A stretch of DNA of 64,000 nucleotides from NCBI GenBank assembly GCA_022605425.2, contig CM061247.1, positions 744,001 to 808,000 of the forward strand. The letters run 5' to 3'. The first letter of the stretch is position 1, and each line of letters starts with the position of its first letter. Both the position numbers and the translations under genes were made by a program. Shown here one piece after another: positions 25,388 to 36,150 of the stretch. The DNA is from Hamiltosporidium tvaerminnensis FI-OER-3-3 (lineage: Eukaryota > Fungi > Microsporidia). The notes under the pieces were generated by a model. That model saw nothing but the letters and a program-made list of their open reading frames with translations, was not told the DNA's origin and searched no databases.

Positions 25388-25928
25388 TTTAATTTTAAAA
25401 TTAAATTCTATAAAATATAATTCTTGAACATAATATTATAAAAATATATTTACAATCTACGTTTAGTGTCCTTTGTCTTTCTATTTCGGATTTTATGATT
25501 AATAAATTAATCATTATAATGCTTTTTTAAAGACACTTGATCGATAATTTGTCTTATTATTGGATTATATCATCGAGAAAAAATTTAATATATTCATTTA
25601 CCAAATTTTAACAAGATTTTTTCCACGAATCAATCCGAGTAAAAAAAATTAAAACTAATTTAAGGAATAAATGCAATTTTTTCAGCAAAAATATTTATTT
25701 TGACTCATTTTTGGCGGGTTTGATACTGTTCCAATTAATAAAAAAAATAATTTTTTGTAAATAATACGTTTGGAATTTTCAAACTTAAATATTTTGAAAT
25801 GAAATCTGAATAAAGCAAAAAAAAAATATAAAGTCACAAATTTATATTTAAACACGGTTTGTAAACATATTTATATTCTTTTTAATACAGAAAATGAAAT
25901 ATCTATTTATTTTTAAAATTTGAATTTC

Positions 25929-26080
25929 TTTTTAGAGATAAACTTATTAAAGAAAATAAATAGAAATAATTATTTACTAAGCAATATGAAGAAAAGAAAG
26001 ATTTATTTTTAGAGATAAACTTATTAAAGAATATAAATAGAAATAATTATTTACTAAGCAATATGAAGAAAAGAAAGATT
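25929..26080. repeat. Tandem duplication, 77-bp unit x2
   Basis: agagataaacttattaaaga... at 25934 and 26011. Confidence 0.9.
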
Positions 26081-26324
26081 AATAATTTCATTAGAAATAA
26101 ACGGTAATTCAAAACTAAAATTCAGTAATTATATTAATTATCAATACGGTTCTTTTAATATTTTTCGCTTTTTTTAAAAATTTAAAATTTTAGATTACAA
26201 TCTAAATACAGAAATATTTATCTGAGATTTCCTTCTTTATTCTTTTGAATCAAAAAAAATAAAAATCTTTCCAATTTTTTAAAATTAAAAAAGGGAAAAT
26301 TTTAGATAAATTGTTTATTTCTTT

Positions 26325-27644
26325 ATGCCCATAATGGATAAAATTATCAAGGAAGATACCAAAGATGAAAAATTAACGACAGTAAATGAAAAAGAAGAAT
26401 TACTTAAAAACTTACTAGAAAAATTGAAAATTGCTGAAACTAAATATGGAATTGATATTACAGAAATACTTAAGAAAGATGTTGTTCGAACTGACGATGT
26501 GACAACTACACAATTTTCTAAATGGGAGGAATTTATTAAAAATACGAATTTGCTTAAAGGAATAGAAAATATGGATTATAAATATCCTTCACCTGTTCAG
26601 GCGGCTTCAATTCCGTATTCTTTGGAAGGTCGTGATCTTATTGTTAGATCAAAGAATGGAACTGGAAAAACAGCTGCTTATACGATTCCGATATTGGAAA
26701 GAATTGACGACAATAAAATGATGCCTCAGTGTATAATTCTTGTACCAACAAGAGAATTAGCACTTCAAACTTCTAAAATGTGTAAGAAAATAGCTAAATA
26801 TATGAAAATTGAAATTGTTCCAATTTATGGCGGTATAGACTTACATGATGATATTTTGAGACTTACACAGGGGGTTCATGTAATTGTTGGTACGCCAGGA
26901 AGAATTTTAGACATTGCGGAAAGAAAAATTATAAATTTAAAACTTTGTAATATCTTGGTTTTTGATGAGGCAGATAAATTATTGAGTTTTGAATTTAAAG
27001 ATTCTTTGGATAAAATAATTAAATTTTTGCCGGTTGATAGGCAAATATTGCTGTATTCTGCTACTTTTCCAAGTTCGGTTTGTGAATTCGTTAATTCTTA
27101 TATGAACAAACCACTTCATCTAAATTTGATGAAAGAACTGACATTGAAGGGCGTACATCAGTTTTACGCGTGTGTGGAACCAAAAAACAAACTTTTTTGT
27201 CTTAAAACACTTCTTAAGCAATTAAATTTTGATCAATGTATAATATTCTGTAATTCAATACAAAATGTAGAATTATTGACAAAAAAAACAACAGAAATGG
27301 GATTTCCTTCATATTTTATTCATTCTAAAATGATGCAGGCAGATAGAAATTTGGTATTTCATAATTTTACAGAAGGTGGTTGTAAAATATTGGTGACTAC
27401 CGATCTGATAACTCGTGGAATTGATGTACCAACAATAAATTGTGTCATAAATTTTGATTTTCCCAAAACAACAGAATCATATCTTCACAGAATAGGAAGA
27501 GCAGGTAGATTCGGAAATTATGGTGTAGCAATTAATTTAATCGGACCCTCTCAGAATTTAAGAGATTTGGAGAATGCACTCGATATTTCTATACTTCCTG
27601 TCTCGGATAAAAAATTTGAAGATTTTATGAAAAAACAAACATAA
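26325..27644 (+). CDS. DHH1: DEAD-box RNA helicase Dhh1/DDX6
   Basis: PSPVQ, KNGTGKT, PTRELALQTS, TPGRILD, DEADKLLS, YSATFP, LTLKGV, YLHRIGRAGRFG. Second ATG (26334) follows CCC and may be the real start. Confidence 0.95.
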   Translation: MPIMDKIIKEDTKDEKLTTVNEKEELLKNLLEKLKIAETKYGIDITEILKKDVVRTDDVTTTQFSKWEEFIKNTNLLKGIENMDYKYPSPVQAASIPYSLEGRDLIVRSKNGTGKTAAYTIPILERIDDNKMMPQCIILVPTRELALQTSKMCKKIAKYMKIEIVPIYGGIDLHDDILRLTQGVHVIVGTPGRILDIAERKIINLKLCNILVFDEADKLLSFEFKDSLDKIIKFLPVDRQILLYSATFPSSVCEFVNSYMNKPLHLNLMKELTLKGVHQFYACVEPKNKLFCLKTLLKQLNFDQCIIFCNSIQNVELLTKKTTEMGFPSYFIHSKMMQADRNLVFHNFTEGGCKILVTTDLITRGIDVPTINCVINFDFPKTTESYLHRIGRAGRFGNYGVAINLIGPSQNLRDLENALDISILPVSDKKFEDFMKKQT

Positions 27645-27689
27645 AATAAATATTTGACTTTAGAATTTATTTATAATTTCTTTTAATTT

Positions 27690-27810
27690 ATTCTATCTTT
27701 CAAGTATTTTATATTAAAAAATATTTAAAACTTCAGATTTATCTTCTATCTTTCAAGTATTTTATAATAGAAAATATTTAATAACTTCAGATTTATCTTC
27801 TATCTTTATA
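27690..27810. repeat. Tandem repeat, ~54-bp unit x2.3, downstream of DHH1
   Basis: ttctatctttcaagtattttata...cttcagatttatc repeated. Confidence 0.8.
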
Positions 27811-27904
27811 AACTATAAAAAATATTAAATCATATTTAATAAAAACACTCATTAATCCATTAAAAATTCATTTTTATTTACTTTATGATAAATTATTCCG
27901 AATT

Positions 27905-28130
27905 TACTTACTTATATAGTTGATTATTCGATTCTTCTTTTACATTTAGGTTTCAAGGATGAACAAATGAAAATCTCTCGATTTAGTTCTTTCTATCTGC
28001 CGTAACTCAGAGTAATGAGATTAGCCTATAGAACAAGTCTGATTTGTATCTAAAAAAAATGTCAACTATTTTTTCACACGAATTTTACACAGGCTTGCCA
28101 AACAGATAATTTTTAGTTGGTTAACCTCTA
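27905..28130 (-). repeat. Short relative S2 of the non-coding family (diverged)
   Basis: gatgaacaaatgaa, gtaactc, acgaatt.tacac, ccaaacaga, tggtta.cctc shared with 28455..28677. Confidence 0.7.
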
Positions 28131-28454
28131 ACCAACTATTATTATTAATTCCCAAAAACAAATTCATCTGTATTCAGATTTAAAAATATATTTCATTTAA
28201 TTACTTCAAATCTAAATAAACAATATTTTTCTTTAAAATCAAGCTGGTTTGTTCACAAAAATAACTTAAAACAAAAAATAATATTTATAAACAAATTTTT
28301 AATTTTTAACGAGCTTTTACTCAACACATATTTTTAATTAAGATCATTCTTAAATAATTCATATTGATATTTATAATATTGTTTATGAAATTAAATTGAT
28401 TTTTTAGTAATTTTTTGATCAAATTTACATCAAATCTATATTTAATATATTTTA

Positions 28455-28677
28455 ACTACTTACTTATTCCGTTCCTCTTTTACCTCTCAGTGTCGAGAAT
28501 GAACAAATGAATGTTTTCCATTTGTTTCTTTTAATCAGTTGTAACTCGGGATTATAGGAGATTGGCGTATAGATCCAGTATATTTTATATCCTAACACAA
28601 TGGCAGCAATGATTTTAATACGAATTGTACACATTCATTACCAAACAGAAAGTTTTTAATGTGGTTATCCTCCCTCC
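28455..28677 (-). repeat. Short relative S3 of the non-coding family
   Basis: Head gtggttatcctccctcc essentially identical to L3/L4; body matches S1, S2 and 33318..33740. Confidence 0.8.
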
Positions 28678-29237
28678 ACCTTATACCTAAAATAATAATT
28701 TTAAATTTATTTATTTGGTGTATTAAATATGTTTAATCTTAAATATTTTATAAAAAAAGTCATTTATAAATCAGATAATCATTCATCAGTTTTAGTTTAT
28801 AGTAGTAATAAGAAAATTTTTAAGTTACAAATTCTTAAATCAAATTAAAAATATTTCCACACTAAGGCAGGTGGAAAAACAAGGGGTTGAAATTTTAAAT
28901 TTTAAAATAAACAGTTAAACTTTCTCTTAAAGTATACAATAAGAAGACAAAATATTTTAGGCAAAAAAAATATTAAATTATGAACTAGTAACAGTATATA
29001 AAATGAAGTAAAATGATTTACTGACTTAAATATAGAAATATATTCCAATTATGAGAACGTTTTAGTAAACTGGAAATTTTTAAAATTTATCAGGGAATAT
29101 AATGGTAAATCACTCTTATTAAAAAATTGTTATTTATTCAGAAAAATGCTTCATTTTGCAAAGTATGATTTAATGCTGATTGTATTTTAATTGATGTAAA
29201 TATTTTAGTTACAGTTTTTTGTCTTTTTACCAGAAAT

Positions 29238-29959
29238 TTTATTTAAAAATATCACATCTTTTTACAATATTTGCAAAAGTCATATTTGTTTTCATGACAG
29301 TAAAGCAGTTCTATGTTTAATATAAATAACTGCTACCCCAACACTCCTTCGGTAAACCCTGCGATACCTACGTCCCAAAGCCTTTCATCTACCAGGTGTG
29401 TAGAACCTAATTACTAGGCGAGGCAGTTGCCCGGTGTTCGTTAATGTCCGTTGCATGGAGTTTGATCGAAGACCGAAGCCCCCCGGGCTTCCTAAGACTA
29501 TGCAGCATTCCCACTTACTCTACACTTTCTGAACCCAATAAACTTCTATCTAAGATATATATCAGAGATTTACATGAGATCCACCTAGACAGTGCAATGT
29601 CATACCAACAGGTATAACTTGCTACTTAGCTCTCCCGGCTTTAAATGGTTTTTTGTTTTGTATCTCCCAAGAGCTAAGTCTATTAACCCGAGTGAGCAAG
29701 GCTAGGTTTCCATGCTTTTACATGGCAATTACCTACATGTTCAGCTGCGGTCTGCAATCTAGTTACGTAAAAAACTAAAAATAAATTTGTAGAAAAAGTT
29801 TCTCAATTTCGTAGACCTCTCTCCTTCATAACAACTCTCATGGAACAGCCAAAGATGTAGTGTGGTTTTATTCCCACCAAAAATCCAAACAATGACCTTA
29901 CATCAATTTCATACACTCATTGCCAAGCAGAATTTTTTTTATATGGTTATCCTCCCTCC
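29238..29959 (-). repeat. ~700-bp dispersed non-coding element, copy L4 (candidate structured RNA)
   Basis: Full-length homolog of L1-L3; no ORF in the track; several minus-strand helices including a C(UUCG)G hairpin at 29468-29483. Confidence 0.92.
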
Positions 29960-31220
29960 ACACCTTACGTATGAATATTAATAATATTTTAATTTTTTAG
30001 TATGAGAAAAAAAATTGCAAAGAAACAGAGTTTCGTTAAAAAGGCAATTTAAATGCGACATAATAATAGTTTAGGTTATATTTGCTACCACTGATTTCTT
30101 TCATAGTAAATAACACATTATCATGAAAAGATATATTTATTTAAAACTTACGTATATTTATACTTATATGTCATCAATAATATAACTTATTATTGATTAT
30201 CGTATCTAATCAATGTTAGAATATTCAACGAAGATATTCGCATGAGGTAATTGGGTTATATTTAAACCAATTCTATAGATTCAACCTGCTTCATTTAAAA
30301 CAGAATATATTGTTTAATTAAAAAAACTAATTATTATAAATTTGTATAAAAATAGCTGTAAATTCTTTTGTATTTCTCAAAACAAATTTACAATGATTTT
30401 CTTTATGATTGACTAAATTGATATAAGATATTCAGGCTATTCATCTTCATATCATAAATACAAATTAATTTAATTATAATTAAGCTAAGCGTATCAGAGG
30501 TTACATATTCATCGATATTATTAACAATGATAATATAAAATTTGTTATTTAGAAGAGTGTTTAATTTTTTTATATTTTAATCTGTTCTAAAAAATACGTT
30601 ATTTGTTGTATAAAAGAAGACTGAATTCTTTTAATTTTTTTTCTATTTTGATCGAATTTATAGTTTTAAAATTTTTGACTTTTTTTATAACCATAAATCT
30701 AATACATCTTTAAAATATTACACATTTATTGCACGAGAATTACACTTTTTCTTGAAAGTTCCTAAAAATATGAATTGTATGTAATTTTTGACTCGAAAAA
30801 TAGAATAATAACAGTAATTACTTGAACATAGTGTAAAAAAAGCAAAGTCTTATATTAAAAAATATATTCGAATCAAATGTAAAATAATATTTTTCTATAT
30901 TAAGCAAATATGTTTCTTATGTATTTTTTCGAAATAAACAGTGAAATTTTTATATTTTGAAAGTACCAAAAAATATTTTTAGGTTTAATAATTGGTTTCA
31001 TCTTTTTTTATTATTGAATATGAAAGTAATTTTTTATTCTAAATTTATGTCTTTATATCTAAACTTAAAAATTTTTTTGATAATAAATTTTTTTCGAAAA
31101 AGGTGTATTAATTATATTAAATTGCTATATTAGCTAAAATTTATTTTGATAAATTAAATCATTAATTAAAAGATGTAATTATATTTTTTAAAAATTTACT
31201 ATAAAAATCTATTTATTCTA

Positions 31221-32216
31221 TCAATTTATGGAATAATCAGATGAAACTCTTCTACTTGGAGTATTGATTGTGTATTCTAAAATTTTATCATCTACTGCAA
31301 CGAATATTCTTTCGTTACATTCAGAGAAAACCGCTCCTGATATTTGTGTATCTCTATCAGCCTGTGACAATAAAACAGTTTGTCGCTTTGAAAACGTTCT
31401 TGTGTCAATAATACCGAAACTAGACATATGCTCAGTATAAAATAAAATGTCCAATGATCTTTTTCTATTGAACATGACAGTTCTACACGCTCCTTTCAAA
31501 CCAGGCGTTTGCTTTGTTGGTATTACATGTATCTTTTCTAAATTTCTGACGTCATATACACATATATATCCATCTTGTGTAGCTACTGAAAAAAGATTTG
31601 ATGTTGTATTCCAAGTAACTTTAAAACCACCGTCATTTATTAATTTGAAATTATGTATCAATCTATAATTATTATCTTCGATAGCATAAAGATATACATC
31701 ATTTGTATCACCAACACTTGCAAGCAATTTACCATCATTACTTATCTGACAATTATTTACCGGAAACGGATGAGATATATTGCATATATTTTCGTTATTA
31801 GACAGATTAATTACTTTAATCGTATGATCATTGTTACACACCATCAGTCTAAGCTCTCCATTATGATTATAAATCTGTACAGCGTTATTGATGGAACCCT
31901 GTAGATTTGTGGAAAAAGTTTTTTTCGACTGTAACTCAACAACACATAATTGACTTTTCTGGCCACCCACAGCCAAATATCCATGATCACAACATAATGA
32001 GGTTGGATAAAAACCTAAATTTTCTGTAAAAATACTACTTTCCTTAGTATCAGGATTATATCCACAAATTTTATCTCCCTGTGCAAATATAAGATTATTT
32101 TCATGTATTTTCAACATATCTCGTAATTGCCAATGTTGAATTGAAACAGAAATATTGTGTGTCTTATACCCGGGATTCAACATATTATTTATTTCTTTAA
32201 GATTTTGAAATGTCAT
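31221..32216 (-). CDS. WD40 beta-propeller protein, DUF2415 family (Ylr149c/Gid11-like)
   Basis: HWQLR N-terminal motif, LAVGG, NND, VNN..IS.DGK.LASVGD, QDG.I.V.DVR, GACR, TEH....I.D.R match my recollection of this family. Confidence 0.8.
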   Translation of the reverse strand: MTFQNLKEINNMLNPGYKTHNISVSIQHWQLRDMLKIHENNLIFAQGDKICGYNPDTKESSIFTENLGFYPTSLCCDHGYLAVGGQKSQLCVVELQSKKTFSTNLQGSINNAVQIYNHNGELRLMVCNNDHTIKVINLSNNENICNISHPFPVNNCQISNDGKLLASVGDTNDVYLYAIEDNNYRLIHNFKLINDGGFKVTWNTTSNLFSVATQDGYICVYDVRNLEKIHVIPTKQTPGLKGACRTVMFNRKRSLDILFYTEHMSSFGIIDTRTFSKRQTVLLSQADRDTQISGAVFSECNERIFVAVDDKILEYTINTPSRRVSSDYSIN

Positions 32217-33317
32217 TTTAAGGATATTTTTTTTATTTTATTTTATAAAATTTATTGTTTATTAAATTAAATTAAATTGGTTTAGGAAATTTGCAACTAA
32301 AAAATATATTTTTTAAGAAGTTAGAGATGTAGTAGTAAGAAAAGGTTTATAAATAAAAATGTTAATAGATTAGTTAATTATTTGTTGATAATAAAACAAA
32401 TATATTTCTTTAGATATAAATTATGTATCAAAGCAATTAAGCGCTAATTATATGAGAAAAGTATAAATAATCATAAAATCATTTTGGGTATTTCATATGA
32501 TAAAAAGTAAAATATATTTTTTTTTAATTATGAATAAATTGCCAAGAGATTTTTTTACTAAAAACGATACATTGATTTGATGATGAAAGTTAAATGATTT
32601 TATGAAAGTTAAATGATTTTATGAAGATTTTGATTAAAAGAAATATATTCTTTAATTGGTTATATATTCCGATTTAAATCAAAAAATCATATATTTAATT
32701 AGAAATAATCAATCTAAGGAATCTTATTTATAGAGATAAAATTTCTTCATATTTTTTACGGAATAAAATTTATATTGAATCTATGATATTACAAAATATT
32801 ATCGCTAAAAAGTCTCAAAGATATTCATAAATTATAATTTGCTGATTCATTACTTGAAAAATGTTGATATACCTGATTTCACTTTTAAAATAAATCTAAA
32901 AAACTTAATTTATTATGAGTATCAGACATGAGTTGTGGAATTTATTTTAAATGATAATATTCATTTGAACTGTTTTTTTTTGGGTTGACAAATAAATTGC
33001 AAGTCTATGATAAATTTGTTAGTTATTTTAAGATCAATTGGCAATTTTGTTTTTATTGCTTTCTTATCGAAGTTACTTATAATAATACAGAAATTTTGAA
33101 CTGTAAATGGCAAATGAAACACTGGCATGGTAAATCTTATATGAGTTTAAAAGATTTAATTTAAGCTTAACCAAAATATAAATGATAGATAGCGTCGAAA
33201 TGTATATAAATATTGATATTAGATTAATAGAAATGTATACTTCTGCATTAATATAAACTATGGCAGGTAGTGCCGATAAATTTCTAGAGAATAGCCGTTA
33301 CTCCATTATACAGAAAT

Positions 33318-33740
33318 ACTTACCTACTTCTTTTACAGTCTTCTTATGCCTCACAGTGTTTAAGATTAATAGATGGAACGTGAAAGTATTTTGTCGCTAG
33401 TCATTGTTCTAGCATTTTCTGGGTCTAATTCGCTTTCATGAAAAGCCAGTTTAGAGGTGTCATACTGTTTCGACGGTCACAATTCTTCTATTTTCTCCAT
33501 CGAACCTATTAATTTATGTTCCAAAAGTCATGGACAGATTTTCATGTCAGGTGGTTTATTTTTGAGACAGTTCTTAATTTTTCCATTTGTTTCTTTTAAT
33601 CTGACGGGATTTAGTATTTCAATAGATTTGTCTATAGATACAGTGTATTTTATATTCCACTAAAATATTTACACGGATTTTAACACAATTTCAGGCCCTA
33701 ATTGTTAATCAGATAGTTGGAAATATAATTATGTTCCCTC
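33318..33740 (-). repeat. Medium (~420 bp) relative M of the non-coding family
   Basis: Minus strand gagggaacataa head, atataaaatacactgtatctata, gattaaaagaaacaaatggaaaa and acactgtgagg...aagtaggtaagt match S1/S3, with about 190 extra internal bases. Confidence 0.7.
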
Positions 33741-36150
33741 TATCGTATACCGAAATATCAAACGAAAAAATAGATTCAAAGTTATACAACTAGAATAAAA
33801 AATAGTCAGCTTGTTGTTTGCAAGGATTTAAATAGCAAAAAAATAATACAAATATTTTAATTTTAAGAATCTATGAAATGTAAAGATTTGAGCAAAATAT
33901 CTATGTTTGACTATCTGAACTATTTATATAATTTCAAGCCTCTTTTTCTCAGTGAATATAAGCAAAAGAACTATTACTATTATGCTTCAGTCTCTTCATT
34001 TTTCGAAATTTTTATATTGCAAAATATTTATACATTTCGATTTAATTGAATTCCATGTTTCTCCTATAGTTCTTAAACATTGCTTGAAAAAACAGATCTT
34101 TTATTTATCTATAAAATTAAAATGTATTTCGATTATAAATTAGTTTACATTTTCATAATTATTTAAATAGGATTGTTTGTCCAAAATAAAATATTTGTCT
34201 CGTGCTTTGATTCGAAACTGATCAGAAAGATCAAAATTGTATAATTTGACTGCATTATCAACTTCTGATATCTGATCATAATTTTAAACCGTTTAATATT
34301 TATGAACTGGTATATTAAAAAATGTATAATGCTGCGATTCATAGAATGTATTAACAATTATATTTTTTTACAAAATGTATATTTTGTGGAATTGAATTAA
34401 CAATAAAACTTTAAAACGACACTTTACAGTTCTATAAATTAGAAGTAAATTTAGAATTAAAATAAAATATTCTATAAAGGTTAAAGGAAAGGCATTATCG
34501 TTTATAACTTATATTTAACTCAAATTATACTTTTACACACAGGTTTATTAAATTGAAATATATTTATTTTCATTGATTGAACCTAGCTCGTTTAATATTG
34601 CATTTTTTATTTGATAACTTAAGTTAAAACATTAATTTGACATACAAATGAATCTAACCTAGAAAAAAACTTATATGTTTTTAAGACAGTGGTATTCGTA
34701 GGAATCAAAAAAAAGAATTTTTTGCGAATACACTTTTTCAAAATAGTCTGATTTTTATTGTAATATATATTTTTTTTATTAATTCTGGGTCTTTACTACT
34801 CTTAAATAAATGTTAGCACAAGTCTTTGAAACAAAACATAAGTCATTCATTCCAAGAAATTTTTGAAAAAGGTATCAGGAGATTAAGTAAATACTAGACA
34901 AAAAAAATATTTCAAAATCCTGAACTAATTCACCTCTTCATATTAAAGATATGAAAATATATAGGATTAAACTTATTTTGAACAAAATTACTTATCAAGA
35001 TTCAATTTAAATAGAGAAAACAGAAGGAAAACAAATTAAGACTGATATGGTAGCTATATATAGCCGAGCGGTCTATAAGGAGCTGTATGTGTTAGATTTG
35101 GCTGATCTTAAGGAAAATAAACCGATTTTTTTAACAAATTAAGACTTATTAAGAACGAATCGGGTTTTGCTTATAATATCTAGTAGATATAATTCCTAAG
35201 TGACAGCCTGAAACAATAATATAACTAAATTTTATAGAATTTATTTAAGAAGAGCCATATTTCAAGCTAATTAAGGCATACATGCAGTTCAAGTACGCAA
35301 AAACCAGTTGAAAGATTTTATTTCGATCAACCGAAAATTTGTATACCGAAAACAAATACTGATGATGGTTGGAGGAAAATTTACCGATGTCTTGGAATTA
35401 AATACGAATATCAGATGCCTCCAATACTTGTGTATACAAAAAATAAATCGAAAAGGAAAAAATAATTAAATAAATTAACCATAAACTGTGAAAATAGCCC
35501 AAATCAAAGCATAGAGGCGTAATAAGAATAAACATATAAATAGGATCGGAATGAGATAGAATAATGAAATACAGACGAGAAAGAATATAAACCACTATCA
35601 AATGAATTTTTTTAATATAAATTTTTTACAGTAAAACGAATTTAAAATATATTTAAACGACAGAATAGGGTAGTTGCAAATTATGAAACATATTTTACTA
35701 TGCGGAGATTTATCTTAATTTGAACTATTTTTTAAATTAGAAATATGTGAAATTCTCGATATCCTAAATATAACGTATTAAAATATAGTTGAATGAAATT
35801 ATAGGATTTGTTTGGTCATAAATGTGGTATAAAAAAATTAATGATATCGAAAAATATACTTCGTAGGCAATGCTATCTCATAAAATCTAAGTTATTAAAA
35901 TATGAAAAATTATAAATAACGTTTTTGATTTTATACCATTTTACTTATATTTAAACAATAAAAACTTGGATTTATCAACATAATCTATCTCTTTTTTTAT
36001 ATTTAAATATTAATTTATTGATTTGTCAAAAATAAAGACTATTTGATAAATATGTATATATTTAGAAGAAATGTTTGGAAAAAAATTATATAAAATATTA
36101 ATTCGAATTCAAAAAATAATTTCAGGTAGATTTACTATAAATAAATTACT

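Noticed and set aside
25375-25392. ACUUACCUG on the minus strand resembling the U1 snRNA 5' end
   Set aside because: No recognisable U1 stem-loops follow, and it lies at the end of a dispersed repeat.
29480-29810. Group I intron-like P/Q/R/S echoes in the 700-nt element (CCGCAGC, AGACUUA, AUAGUC)
   Set aside because: P4 pairing is absent, the R-like segment is tied up in a stronger local helix, and there is no host RNA gene.
29945-29960. GGAGGGAGGA head as a polypurine tract of an LTR element
   Set aside because: Not followed by TG..CA termini, no gag/pol sequence adjacent, and a solo LTR would not retain the tract.
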